A DNA stretch of 27,650 nt from Fastidiosibacter lacustris (GCF_003428155.1 NZ_QLIR01000023.1:1-27650), one strand, 5' to 3'; shown: positions 1 to 9,778, numbered from the stretch's first letter. Notes: generated by a model not told the origin, from the letters alone. A program made the numbers and translations.

Positions 1-6
1 GAGAGT

Positions 7-124
7 TACCTGATGATAATAGCGACTGTGAACCACCTGAATCCATTCCGAACTCAGAAGTGAAAACAGTTAGCGTCGATGATAGTGTGGCATTCGTCAT
101 GTGAAAGTAGAACATCATCAGGTT
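7..124 (+). rRNA. rrf: 5S ribosomal RNA (3' end of an rRNA operon; 23S lies upstream of the window)
   Basis: Helix I pairing ACCTGATGAT (8-17) with ATCATCAGGT (114-123). The internal string CCGAACTCAGAAGTGAAA...GATGATAGTGTGG...GAAAGTAG matches the conserved bacterial 5S core as I recall it from E. coli. Length is ~118 nt and a T-run (TTTTTATTTAT) follows. Ends are approximate to +/-2 nt. Confidence 0.9.
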
Positions 125-125
125 T

Positions 126-602
126 TTATTTATGTATTTTACTCATAAAATGAGGTATTTCTCTATTTATCCAAGTCATTTTCATGACCTTTGATTTATT
201 AATATAATATTGTTGATAGCTTGCTACGACATCCTTGATATCATTATCAGTTACTTTCAATGTCCAAGAAAAAGTTGTATTTGCCAAGGCTTTTGGCACA
301 TTAGATAGTATACCGCATAACATTTCAGACTTATGTAACTTTTGATAGCGGTATGTATATTCAGAACACAGCGCTATATAATGTTTGAGTAACCATTTAT
401 AATGCGCTTCGCTTTCTATCACCCATAATACGCAAGGATGGTTTTGGTGTGTTAAAGAATACAAAGCTTGATCATTACTGCCTGATAATCTGTGTACTGA
501 ACTTAAAATTTGTGCAGATTCTAATACCATTTTTACTACATGCTTATCACATTGATATCTAGCTGCCAAACTAGGATCTTTATCTAAAAAAAAGATATTC
601 AT
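126..602 (-). CDS. Conserved hypothetical protein, 158 aa, function unknown
   Basis: Clean ATG ORF. N-terminal motif FFLDKDPSLAARYQCDKHVVKMVLESAQILS and later HPCVLWV...EYTYRY...HKS look like conserved enzyme-like motifs. I only vaguely recall similar proteins in phages and intracellular bacteria and cannot name the family. The start overlaps the upstream ORF by 23 nt and the stop lies 1-2 nt from the 5S 3' end. Confidence 0.65.
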   Translation of the reverse strand: MNIFFLDKDPSLAARYQCDKHVVKMVLESAQILSSVHRLSGSNDQALYSLTHQNHPCVLWVIESEAHYKWLLKHYIALCSEYTYRYQKLHKSEMLCGILSNVPKALANTTFSWTLKVTDNDIKDVVASYQQYYINKSKVMKMTWINREIPHFMSKIHK

Positions 603-1317
603 AGCATCTCAACCTGCAAATTATTTTTCCTAAAGTAAGCTTCCAGTTCTTCATAAGTGTCAAACCATTAAACGCATCATAACTTAATGTCATTTCTCCT
701 AGTTTAGTAACATTGCCATTACTATCATATTCAACATGATGGCTTTTATCATCAGTGTAACTGTTAAGCTTATTGTTATATTGGCTAAACTGTATTTTGC
801 CATTGATGCTACTGATACGCTTAGGGCGCTGTTTGTGGTCATAGCTAAAATGTAAGGTTAAACCACCTAAATATTTAACTTCTTCGGGTAATCTATGTTG
901 ATTCCATCGGTAATTAGCTTCTTCATAAATCGTTGAACCATGAGCTATTTTTTTCTGACGCAATAAACCCTTGTCATCATAATAGGTACTGACATTTACA
1001 CTCTTGCTTTTAACCTCTTTAGGAAAAACGTGGCAGTCATGGCTATGCTCAAATAGTTTCTGCCCAATTAGCTGCCCACGATCAAAGGTTTTTATTTGAT
1101 ATTCAATTGGATTTGGACTGTTAACAATATAATCCATCCTTTCAAGATGCATATTGCCATTAACGGGATTGACTGGATCACCAACTAAATGACAAGGATC
1201 TCCCAATTCCGAAAAAATATCTCGAGTATTTAAGTCTTTGCGGCAGGCATAGCTGCTTTCGATACAAAGAAATAAACCAGAGAGATAAGTAATCGTTATT
1301 AAAGCTTTTTTGACCAA
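580..1317 (-). CDS. Short secreted YD-repeat (RHS-family) protein, possibly a C-terminally truncated remnant
   Basis: N-terminal signal-like segment (KKALITITYLSGLFLCIESSYAC). An Rhs-type entry motif is present (GDPVNPVNGNMHLERMDY). YD repeats include YYDDKGLL, FSYDHKQRP and YDSNGNVTKLGEMTLSYDAFNGL. At 245 aa it is far shorter than typical Rhs/WapA proteins (>1000 aa), and the last ~25 aa (KNWKLTLGKIICRLRCYEYLFFR) look non-native. The start codon is TTG, so the start is uncertain. Confidence 0.55.
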   Translation of the reverse strand: MVKKALITITYLSGLFLCIESSYACRKDLNTRDIFSELGDPCHLVGDPVNPVNGNMHLERMDYIVNSPNPIEYQIKTFDRGQLIGQKLFEHSHDCHVFPKEVKSKSVNVSTYYDDKGLLRQKKIAHGSTIYEEANYRWNQHRLPEEVKYLGGLTLHFSYDHKQRPKRISSINGKIQFSQYNNKLNSYTDDKSHHVEYDSNGNVTKLGEMTLSYDAFNGLTLMKNWKLTLGKIICRLRCYEYLFFR

Positions 1318-1541
1318 TTTATCATCTTCAAATCAGGTTAGGTACTGTTAGTAATAATATGAGGTTATGCTTAAGTGAGGTAGTGTTTTTGTGTAAAGAA
1401 TGGTTGTTTTATATAGTAAAACACAACGATAAGCCTAAATTGATTTATCTATTAGGTGCGTATTTGCATTGTCGATTGTGAGCACGAATTTGTATGGAGT
1501 ATGAACCAAAGCTTATTGTTACTCAAATATGAGACGTTGCT

Positions 1542-3065
1542 TTAATGATCCATAGTTAATTTAGTGCTTTTGGGTTTGGTTAACGTACAAATAAAAGGAA
1601 GGCAAAAAAGTAGCAATAAATAAGACAAATATGCAACATCATTAAAACCAATAATGTTTGCTTGTGTTGTGATGTTTTGTGCAATGATGGCTAAGGTCGT
1701 TGGATCTTGAGCTTGCCAATTTGTATGTTGAAGCCAAGTTTGATAGTAAGGATTGCTTGGATCAATATGCCTAACCATGCTGTACCAAGCTACTTGAGCC
1801 TGTTGGGTGAGTACTGTGACCATTATAGATGTGCCAACGGATGTGCCGAGGTTTCTAAAGAAGCTAAACATACCGCTACCTTCAGCTAAATCTTGGGGCT
1901 TTACTGTTTGTAATGCCATAGTGGATACAGGAACGAAGAAAAAACCCATGCCAATACCTTGAATGATGCCTGGATACATCAAATTCCACGTGTCGCTCAT
2001 CAGTGGTATTTGTGCATATAAATAATTGCCATAAGCGGTTATGGTAATGCCTAGGAAGATGATAAGGCGTAAATCCAGTTTTTTGGATAATGGTGAAATG
2101 AACATCATTGCGATAGCAGCTGCAATACCGCGTGGCATCATAAGTTCACCCGATAGTGCTGCAGAGTAATTCATAAAGCGTTGCATAATCAGAGGTTGAA
2201 TGGTCATTAATCCAAATATGCCAGCGGTATATAGTACGAGTAAAATGCAGGATGCAGCATAATTTCGATCTTTGAATAAATGCAAATTAAGAATATTTTT
2301 AGGGTTAAACCATCCTCGAATAATAAAGACGATGCCAACGATCAACCAGAACGTTAGCATGGCAACTATAAAGTGTGATGATAGCCAACCGTCATTATTG
2401 CCACGATCAAGAAAAATTTGTAAAGTAGAGATTGCTATGATCATAAGGAATAACCCGAGCCAATCGATATTAAGCTTCTCACGTTTGGTTTCACTGATAA
2501 ACAAGACAGTCATCACAATTGCAATTAAACATACTGGAATATTGATATAGAAAATCCAACGCCAATTCATCCAATCTGTAATATAGCCCCCTAATGTAGG
2601 ACCAAGTACAGGAGCAGCCATGATTCCAACACCCCACACTGCCATTGCCTTGATTTGTTCTTTGGGTGGAAAAGTGTCTCTTAATACATATTGAGAAAGG
2701 GGAACTAAAGAAGCGCCAAAGATGCCTTGCATAATCCTAAAAAATATCATTTCTCCAAGGGAAGCTGATAAGCCGCAGAGCATAGAGAAAATAAGGAAAC
2801 CGATAATGTTAATTAAAAGCAGACGTTTTCTGCCAATGGTACGCACAAAAAAACCTGTTAACGGCATGCAGATTGCTGATGAAACTATATATGAGGTGAC
2901 AACCCATGAAATTTCTTCAGCACTGGCACCAAGAGAACCTGCCATATCTTGTAAAGCGACGTTAACTATTGTGGTGTCGATGATTTCGATCATCGCTGCA
3001 AGCATAACAGTTACCGTAATAAGCCACTTCATAGTATTGGAAGCGATATGGTTTTGTTGTGTCAT
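1542..3065 (-). CDS. emrB: MFS drug efflux transporter, EmrB/QacA (DHA2, 14-TMS) family
   Basis: The 507-aa protein is colinear with E. coli EmrB as recalled: IIDTTIVNVALQDMAGSLGAS, FFRIMQGIFGASLVPLSQ, GPTLGGYITDWMNWRWIFYINIP, LQIFLDRGNNDGW. About 14 hydrophobic segments. ATG start. Confidence 0.9.
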   Translation of the reverse strand: MTQQNHIASNTMKWLITVTVMLAAMIEIIDTTIVNVALQDMAGSLGASAEEISWVVTSYIVSSAICMPLTGFFVRTIGRKRLLLINIIGFLIFSMLCGLSASLGEMIFFRIMQGIFGASLVPLSQYVLRDTFPPKEQIKAMAVWGVGIMAAPVLGPTLGGYITDWMNWRWIFYINIPVCLIAIVMTVLFISETKREKLNIDWLGLFLMIIAISTLQIFLDRGNNDGWLSSHFIVAMLTFWLIVGIVFIIRGWFNPKNILNLHLFKDRNYAASCILLVLYTAGIFGLMTIQPLIMQRFMNYSAALSGELMMPRGIAAAIAMMFISPLSKKLDLRLIIFLGITITAYGNYLYAQIPLMSDTWNLMYPGIIQGIGMGFFFVPVSTMALQTVKPQDLAEGSGMFSFFRNLGTSVGTSIMVTVLTQQAQVAWYSMVRHIDPSNPYYQTWLQHTNWQAQDPTTLAIIAQNITTQANIIGFNDVAYLSYLLLLFCLPFICTLTKPKSTKLTMDH

Positions 3066-3221
3066 GTCAGGATACCTAAATTTAAACGCAACTATTGTAA
3101 AATCATTTACGTTTATTGTATAGGATGGATAAACAAATAATACATAGAACGGATCTCATTCGAATCTTACTATAATCATTTTGCGAACAGCGATTTTGAA
3201 ACCATTATGCTAAACTGTGTG

Positions 3222-3250
3222 TGACCTGTTTTTAGGAAATGAGCTATACT
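3222..3250 (+). promoter_or_regulatory. Candidate sigma70-type promoter for mlaA
   Basis: TGACCT (3222-3227), a 17-nt spacer, then TATACT (3245-3250), ~35 nt upstream of the mlaA ATG in a divergent intergenic region. Found by pattern match only. Confidence 0.2.
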
Positions 3251-3283
3251 GACGCGCAATAATTAGAATATAAATAACTAAAT

Positions 3284-4036
3284 ATGAAATTCAGGACAAT
3301 AAGTATAAGTACTTTTGCTTTGGCGCTATCTGGCTGTGCTACTCAACAAAATCGGGATCCGTGGGAAGGCTATAATCGGGCAATATTTAAATTTAACCAG
3401 ATAACCTATGATTATGCATTTATTCCTGCGGCTAAAGGCTATGTTTATATTGTTCCTAATGAAGTTCAAACGGGAATCGATAATACTTATAATAATATTT
3501 TAGAACCAGGACGTGTAGCGAATAATTTGTTGCAATTTAATTTAGATTATGCTTGGCGCGATACGGCGCGTTTCTTGGCTAATACAATCTTTGGGGTTTT
3601 TGGTTTATTTGATGTGGGGAAGACGCTGGGTTTGCCAAGAAGAACACAAAATTTTGGATTTACACTTGCAAAATGGGGTTATCGTTATTCGCCATATTTT
3701 ATTTTGCCGATTTTAGGACCTAATACTTTTGGTGGGGCAACAGGTAACTTGGTCGATAGTGTATTTAATCCATTAAATTATACGTATATTTCACCACGAG
3801 TTGTAAGCTGGAGCGCTTATGGTATATATAAATCAAATGAGGGAGTGCAATATTTATCTTTATATGAAAGATTAATGAATAGCTCAATTGATCCATATAT
3901 TGCAGCACGTAATGCGTACTTGCAAAATTATGATTATGAGCTTGATAAAACGTTGCAAACTAAAGAGAACAATAGGCAACAAAACAGTTTTGCAAGTGAT
4001 AGAGATGTACTTGACATCTTAGATCAACAAGAGTAA
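3284..4036 (+). CDS. mlaA: Outer-membrane lipid asymmetry lipoprotein MlaA (VacJ family)
   Basis: Lipobox LALSGC at the N-terminus. Hallmark VacJ motifs are present: DPWEGYNRAIFKFN and GLFDVG. Length 250 aa. Confidence 0.9.
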   Translation: MKFRTISISTFALALSGCATQQNRDPWEGYNRAIFKFNQITYDYAFIPAAKGYVYIVPNEVQTGIDNTYNNILEPGRVANNLLQFNLDYAWRDTARFLANTIFGVFGLFDVGKTLGLPRRTQNFGFTLAKWGYRYSPYFILPILGPNTFGGATGNLVDSVFNPLNYTYISPRVVSWSAYGIYKSNEGVQYLSLYERLMNSSIDPYIAARNAYLQNYDYELDKTLQTKENNRQQNSFASDRDVLDILDQQE

Positions 4037-4075
4037 GTTTTTATCATTTTTACGATAATTCTTACAGAAAGGAAA

Positions 4076-4651
4076 ATGATTTACCTTGCCTCTCAATCGC
4101 CCAGAAGAGCAGAGCTGCTTCGCCTTGCTAATATTCCTTTTCAGCAATTTAGCGTTGATATTGATGAGACCGTTTTAGCAAATGAAATTCCCTTAAGTTA
4201 TTTAAAGCGTGTAATTACTTTAAAACGAATAGCTGCAGAAGCGATATGTCGACAACAAGACAAACCGATTTTAGTTGCTGATACCATTGTTGCACTTGAA
4301 GGTGAAATTCTTACTAAACCCTTAAACTTCGAAACCTTTTGTGATTATATGAGCAAATTAAGTGGCAAATGGCATCAAGTGTTGACTGTTTTTGCATTAA
4401 GCTATCAAGGGAAGGTACATGAAGAGGTAAGTATCAGTGAAGTTTTATTTGCTCGCTTATTAGAGCTTGAAATAAAACAATATTGGCGAACAGGTGAACC
4501 GCAAGATAAAGCAGGTGGTTATGCTATTCAAGGAGTTGGTGCGCGTTTTGTCAAGGCATTTAAAGGTGACTTTAATAACATTATCGGGTTGCCGATTGAC
4601 GCATTGAAAAAAGCACTTGATTCGCTAGAAATTCCAATGACAAAATCATAG
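4076..4651 (+). CDS. maf: Maf-family nucleoside triphosphate pyrophosphatase (septum formation protein Maf)
   Basis: LASQSPRRAELL N-terminus, ADTIV, DKAGGYAIQG, IIGLP. Length 191 aa. Confidence 0.9.
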   Translation: MIYLASQSPRRAELLRLANIPFQQFSVDIDETVLANEIPLSYLKRVITLKRIAAEAICRQQDKPILVADTIVALEGEILTKPLNFETFCDYMSKLSGKWHQVLTVFALSYQGKVHEEVSISEVLFARLLELEIKQYWRTGEPQDKAGGYAIQGVGARFVKAFKGDFNNIIGLPIDALKKALDSLEIPMTKS

Positions 4652-4710
4652 ATTATTTAAGTCAAGGAACGTACACTACCTTCATTAAAACAAATTGATA
4701 TAAAGAAAAT

Positions 4711-5448
4711 ATGGCAATTGAACACTTTGAAGTAGAGTTGGTGGATGCAAGCATGATCGCACCAAATGTTAAACATCTAGTATTTAAAAAAGCAGATGGT
4801 AGCAAATTTGAGTTTGTACCAGGACAGTTTATTACGTTTTTATTTGATCATGAAGATGGAAAACTCAGACGTAGAAGCTATAGCGTTGCAACGATTCCAA
4901 ACCAAACAGATTTAATTGAGATTGCAATTTCATATGTTGATGGTGGCATTGCCTCTGAAAACTTTTTTAACATGCAAAAGGGTCAGTGTTTTAATGTGAT
5001 GGGACCTGCTGGACGCTTGATATTAAAAGAGAATGAAGTTATTGATAAACTGATTTTAGTCGGAACGGGAACTGGCATTGCGCCTTATCGTGCAATGTTA
5101 CCAAGCTTACAAACGGCTCTAACAAAGAATGTGAAAACTGTTTATATTCTTTTAGGTGTGCAATATCAACAAGATGCAATCTATGCTAAAGATTTCCGTC
5201 AATATGTAAAAAACACTCCAAACTTGCATTTTATCGCCTGTTTAAGCCGAGAAGAAAATGCTTTGTTGGAAGATGAAGTAAAAGGCTATGTCCAGCGTTA
5301 TTTTGAAAAATTGGATTTAAATCCTGCACACGATGTCGTTTACTTGTGTGGTAATCCCAATATGATTGATGATGCATTTGCACTTTTATCTGAATATGGT
5401 TTTGATGCTAAGCATGTCAGACGTGAGAAATATATTTCATCTAACTAA
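4711..5448 (+). CDS. FNR-family FAD/NAD(P)-binding oxidoreductase (ferredoxin-NADP+ reductase-like)
   Basis: RRSYSVAT (RxYS FAD-binding motif), GTGTGIAPYRAM (NAD(P)-binding GTGxAP), YLCGNPNM near the C-terminus. Length 245 aa. Confidence 0.8.
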   Translation: MAIEHFEVELVDASMIAPNVKHLVFKKADGSKFEFVPGQFITFLFDHEDGKLRRRSYSVATIPNQTDLIEIAISYVDGGIASENFFNMQKGQCFNVMGPAGRLILKENEVIDKLILVGTGTGIAPYRAMLPSLQTALTKNVKTVYILLGVQYQQDAIYAKDFRQYVKNTPNLHFIACLSREENALLEDEVKGYVQRYFEKLDLNPAHDVVYLCGNPNMIDDAFALLSEYGFDAKHVRREKYISSN

Positions 5449-5518
5449 ACCTTCTCCACCTTATTTGTAGAATTTGAGATTAATCTAGTTTGGCTTAGTC
5501 ATGGAAATGGCAAGATCA

Positions 5519-6511
5519 TTACTCCTCTTTAAGCCCTCGAGTTAATAGTCTTTTGGCAATCGTTAGCATATCCATGTCTTGGTGTATGATATTATAAATG
5601 GCTTCAACGATGGGCATTGGTACTGCATATATTTGTGCAATTTTATGTACAACTTTAGTGGTAGCAATACCTTCAACAACTTGCTGAACTTCACGACAGG
5701 CTTGTTCTTTTGTTTTCCCCTGCCCAATTAAGACGCCAAATCGCCGATTGCGTGATTGATTGTCGGTACAGGTTAAAAGCAAATCTCCCAATCCACTCAA
5801 GCCATAAAAAGTCTCAAGGTTGCCGCCTAATGCTAGACCTAATTGTGTGAGCTCATTTAAGCCGCGTGTGATGAGACCAGCCCTGGCATTGGCACCAAAT
5901 CCTAATCCATCAGAAATGCCGCAAGCAATAGCAAGTATATTTTTAACTGCACCACCAATTTCAGCACCTGTTACATCTGTGGAGCTATAACAACGAAAGT
6001 TTTCACTATTAAAAAGTGTTTGAATATGTTTGGCATAATCAATGTCGTGAGCAGCAGCAAGAATAGCAGTTGGCAAGCCTTTTGCCACTTCTTTAGCAAA
6101 ACTTGGTCCTGTAATCAAACCAAAATTATTGTCTCTTAAAGTTTGTGCAACCAGTTGATCTAATAGTTGATAACTATTATGACAAAAGCCTTTTGTCGCT
6201 GAGATAATCCCTTGATTAGATAAAAGATAAGGTTTTAAAGTATTAATTGTATCAATAAAACCTAAGCTTGGAGTAGCAATGAGAATATCACTACACTGAT
6301 GAATAATGTATGACCAGTTATCAATGGCAAGTAGATTGGCTGGAAAAGGTGAATCAGGTAAATAATCATTGTTATGCTTGTCTTTTACCATTTTGGTATT
6401 GTGTTCGGTTTTCCACGAGTGAATATAAACAAGGTGACCTACACGAGCAAGTTGTAAAGCAAGTGCTGTACCCCAAGAGCCAGCGCCCATCACAAGAATT
6501 TGTTTGTTCAT
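5519..6511 (-). CDS. gpsA: NAD(P)H-dependent glycerol-3-phosphate dehydrogenase
   Basis: MGAGSWGTALA dinucleotide fold, GPSFAKEVA, GGAVKNILAIACGISDGLGFGANA, NQSRNRRFG. Length 330 aa. Confidence 0.95.
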   Translation of the reverse strand: MNKQILVMGAGSWGTALALQLARVGHLVYIHSWKTEHNTKMVKDKHNNDYLPDSPFPANLLAIDNWSYIIHQCSDILIATPSLGFIDTINTLKPYLLSNQGIISATKGFCHNSYQLLDQLVAQTLRDNNFGLITGPSFAKEVAKGLPTAILAAAHDIDYAKHIQTLFNSENFRCYSSTDVTGAEIGGAVKNILAIACGISDGLGFGANARAGLITRGLNELTQLGLALGGNLETFYGLSGLGDLLLTCTDNQSRNRRFGVLIGQGKTKEQACREVQQVVEGIATTKVVHKIAQIYAVPMPIVEAIYNIIHQDMDMLTIAKRLLTRGLKEE

Positions 6512-6590
6512 GATAAGTAAAAATTTAAGAAGTTTGTGAGGTATTGTAACGTTATTAACTTAGAGGCTTCAACTGTGATATGTAGGATTA

Positions 6591-7328
6591 TTAACGAGTA
6601 CGCTTTATTTCGGCAAGGACGTTATTCGATTTTTCAAGTTGCTTTCTGTAATATTCTAAATTTTGCTCGGCCTCACGCTTTAATTGACGAATTTGACCAT
6701 TTAAAAAAGCAATTTGTCCTTCTAAGGCATCGCGTAGGTCAGAAATGCGTTGAGTTGTTTGTTCTTTAAGTGCTTCGGCATAAATGCGTGCCTCTTTTGC
6801 CACCTGCTCAGCAGATTCACGTCGAGTTTGTTCCTTAACAAGAGCGGCATAAAGCTTGCGCACCTTGATTTCGGGATTACTTTCATTAAGTACCATGCTC
6901 CACTCATCTGACATACTGCTGAGGATATCGCTGCTTAATGATTGTGAACTTGCTAATAGCGCTTCAATCATAGGATCGGTATTTTTTGTGACTGTGACTT
7001 TGTTATGAGTATAATCAGAGGATTGAGTTTGATTTAATTGGGTGACTCCTTTTCCCTGATTTGCTTGTGTTTTTTCTAAAGCAGTTGCTTGAGTTATTGG
7101 CTGCATGTTTTCTTCTTTTTTAGAGGTAATTAATACTTCTTGTTTGATATTTTGAGGTACAGCGTTTTCCTGCTCGTCTCGCCATTGTTTTAAAAATTTA
7201 CTGATGGTGGTGGGACTGCCACGACCTATTGTATCTCTAACATTGTTGATGCTAGGTTTATTGCCTTGTGCATGCAAAGTTGCGATTGCGTTTAGTATAT
7301 CTTGGTAAGATAATCCTGGGCTAGCCAT
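6591..7328 (-). CDS. KfrA_N-like DNA-binding protein with a Q/T-rich linker and C-terminal coiled coil
   Basis: LSYQDILNAIATLHAQGNKPSINNVRDTIGRGSPTTISKFLKQWRDEQ follows the KfrA N-terminal pattern (G..P....VR...G.GS..TI...L..WR). The C-terminal ~100 aa have charged heptad-like character (EQVAKEARIYAEALKEQ...LKREAEQNLEYYRKQLEK). I prefer the ATG at 7328 (MASPGLS) over the track start at 7379. Confidence 0.6.
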   Translation of the reverse strand: MASPGLSYQDILNAIATLHAQGNKPSINNVRDTIGRGSPTTISKFLKQWRDEQENAVPQNIKQEVLITSKKEENMQPITQATALEKTQANQGKGVTQLNQTQSSDYTHNKVTVTKNTDPMIEALLASSQSLSSDILSSMSDEWSMVLNESNPEIKVRKLYAALVKEQTRRESAEQVAKEARIYAEALKEQTTQRISDLRDALEGQIAFLNGQIRQLKREAEQNLEYYRKQLEKSNNVLAEIKRTR

Positions 7329-7531
7329 GGTATTTGTATCCTTATTGATTATTTGATTATATAGCCTAACGAGAAACATTAGAGTTATTCACTAAAAACT
7401 GCCGAAATTATAGCAAGATATTTGTTTGCGTCAAACATTCATATGCGGCGAGCATATATTTTGTTATGATAGTGGGCAAATTTATTAAATGCCTTGATGC
7501 AGCCTAACTAAAATTATCAAGAGGAAATAAT

Positions 7532-9778
7532 ATGACATTGACAAAGTTGATTTATACCTATACAGATGAAGCACCAATGCTTGCAACCTATTCATTGTTA
7601 CCAATTATTCAAGCCTTCACTAAGCCATGTGGCATTGAGGTAGAAACAAAAGATATTTCATTGGCGGCACGTATTTTGGCGCATTTTCCGGAAAGTTTAA
7701 CTAAAGAACAACGCTGTGAAGATGATTTAGCAGTATTAGGTGAGCTGGCTAAAACACCAGATGCTAATATTATTAAATTGCCAAATATCAGCGCATCTAT
7801 TCCTCAGTTGCAAGCGGCGATTTCAGAATTACAAGCTCAAGGTTATAATATTCCTAATTACCCGGTAGATGCCAATACCGATGAGCAAAAAGAAATAAAG
7901 TCACGTTATACCAAAATACTAGGTAGCGCTGTCAATCCTGTATTGCGTGAGGGTAACTCAGATAGAAGAGTAGCAAAAGCCGTAAAAGAATATGCTAGAA
8001 AGCATCCACACTCAATGGGGGAGTGGTCAAAAGCTTCTAAATCACATGTAGCACACATGAGTGAAGGCGATTTTTATGGTAGTGAGCAATCTGTAGTGGT
8101 TGCCGGAAACACGAGTTTCAAGATTGTTTTTACAGCAAAAAATGGCTCAACAGAGCTGTTGAAAGCTCAGGCTCCACTATTAAAAGGTGAAGTGATTGAC
8201 GCCTCAAAGATGAGTGTAAAGGCGCTACGTGCATTCTTTGAACAACAAGTCGATCAAGCCCAAAAGGATGATATCTTATTGTCTTTACATATGAAGGCAA
8301 CGATGATGAAAGTATCTGATCCAATTATCTTTGGCCATGCAGTAAGCATTTACTATAAAGATGTATTTACTAAGTATAAAGATCAATTTGCGCGCCTTGG
8401 CATAGATCCAAACAATGGCATTGGTGATGTTTATGCTAAGCTTCAAAAGCTACCAGAAACTGAACAAGCTATGATTAAAAGAGATTTAGAAGTCGTATAT
8501 CAAACTAAAGCAAAGCTTGCAATGGTTGATTCTGATAAAGGTATTACTAATCTACATGTACCAAACGATGTGATTATTGATGCTTCAATGCCAGTCATGA
8601 TTCGTTCATCAGGTAAAATGTGGGGTAGAGATGGTAAGCTTCATGATACAAAAGCGATGATTCCAGACCGCTCATATGCTGGCATTTATCAAGAAACAAT
8701 CAATTTTTGTAAACAAAATGGTGCGTTTGATCCAAGAACGATGGGGAGTGTTGCCAATGTCGGTCTTATGGCAAAGAAAGCTGAAGAATATGGTTCACAC
8801 GATAAAACGTTTGAAATTAAAGAAGATGGCAAAGTGTCCGTTATTGATGAAAAAGGCAATGTACTGTTATCTCATGAGGTTGAAAAGGGTGATATTTGGC
8901 GCATGTGTCAAACTAAAGACATCGCAATTCAAGATTGGGTGAAATTGGCACTTATGCGTGCCCGCTTAACGCATACGCCTGTTGTTTTTTGGCTGGATAA
9001 AAATAGAGCACATGATGCCAATATGATCACAAAAGTTAACACTTATTTGAGAAATCATGATACATCTGACCTTGATATTCACATTATGTCACCAGCTGAT
9101 GCAATGCACTTTTCTTTACAAGCCATTAAAGTAGGTAAAGACGTTATTTCAGCAACGGGTAACGTGTTGCGTGATTATCTAACAGATTTGTTCCCTATTT
9201 TAGAATTAGGGACAAGTGCCAAAATGCTATCTATCGTACCGCTTTTAGCAGGCGGGGGGTTGTATGAAACAGGTGCAGGTGGTTCTGCACCTAAGCATGT
9301 ACAGCAGTTTATCACTGAAAATCATTTACGGTGGGATTCATTGGGTGAGTTTTTGGCTCTTGGCGCGTCATTAGATGATCTTGCAAACAAAACAAATAAT
9401 AGTAAGGTGCGTGTGCTTGCAGAATGTTTAGATCAAGCCAATGCTAAATTTTTAGATAATAATAAATCACCATCCCGTAAAGCTGGTGAGATTGATAATA
9501 GAGGCAGTCATTTTTATTTAGCACTTTATTGGGCACAGAGTCTGGCATATCAAACAAAAGATAAGCAATTGGCGGAAGTCTTTAACCCAGTTGCAAAGGC
9601 ACTACAAGATAATGAAGGTAAAATTGTTGCTGAACTTAATGACGTACAAGGTGCGAAGGTCGATATTGGGGGCTATTATCATCCAACCCCTGAGAAAGTT
9701 ATGAAAGTAATGCGTCCGAGTGCTAGCTTTAACCATATCCTTAATGCGTTAACAAAAGAAAGTATAGCTGCTGTATAA
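7532..9778 (+). CDS. icd: Monomeric NADP-dependent isocitrate dehydrogenase (~80 kDa type)
   Basis: 748 aa. The N-terminus [22 protein letters not shown] matches the monomeric IDH signature as recalled from Azotobacter and Corynebacterium. SD-like AAGAGGAAATAAT precedes the ATG. Confidence 0.95.
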   Translation: MTLTKLIYTYTDEAPMLATYSLLPIIQAFTKPCGIEVETKDISLAARILAHFPESLTKEQRCEDDLAVLGELAKTPDANIIKLPNISASIPQLQAAISELQAQGYNIPNYPVDANTDEQKEIKSRYTKILGSAVNPVLREGNSDRRVAKAVKEYARKHPHSMGEWSKASKSHVAHMSEGDFYGSEQSVVVAGNTSFKIVFTAKNGSTELLKAQAPLLKGEVIDASKMSVKALRAFFEQQVDQAQKDDILLSLHMKATMMKVSDPIIFGHAVSIYYKDVFTKYKDQFARLGIDPNNGIGDVYAKLQKLPETEQAMIKRDLEVVYQTKAKLAMVDSDKGITNLHVPNDVIIDASMPVMIRSSGKMWGRDGKLHDTKAMIPDRSYAGIYQETINFCKQNGAFDPRTMGSVANVGLMAKKAEEYGSHDKTFEIKEDGKVSVIDEKGNVLLSHEVEKGDIWRMCQTKDIAIQDWVKLALMRARLTHTPVVFWLDKNRAHDANMITKVNTYLRNHDTSDLDIHIMSPADAMHFSLQAIKVGKDVISATGNVLRDYLTDLFPILELGTSAKMLSIVPLLAGGGLYETGAGGSAPKHVQQFITENHLRWDSLGEFLALGASLDDLANKTNNSKVRVLAECLDQANAKFLDNNKSPSRKAGEIDNRGSHFYLALYWAQSLAYQTKDKQLAEVFNPVAKALQDNEGKIVAELNDVQGAKVDIGGYYHPTPEKVMKVMRPSASFNHILNALTKESIAAV

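Noticed and set aside
1707-3123. Plus-strand ORFs of 60, 92 and 133 aa (1707-1889, 2272-2550, 2722-3123) inside or opposite emrB
   Set aside because: They are antisense to a strongly supported 507-aa transporter gene. Their translations are low-complexity and Ile/Lys/Ser-rich with no recognisable motifs, as is typical of shadow ORFs in AT-rich DNA.
6310-6907. ORFs 6310-6513 (+), 6536-6769 (+) and 6722-6907 (-) around the gpsA / KfrA-like genes
   Set aside because: All overlap better-supported genes on the opposite strand or in another frame, and they lack RBS context and motifs. They are most likely spurious.
8130-8942. ORFs 8130-8324 (-) and 8676-8942 (+, alternative frame) inside icd
   Set aside because: They are embedded in the well-supported monomeric IDH gene and have no independent support.
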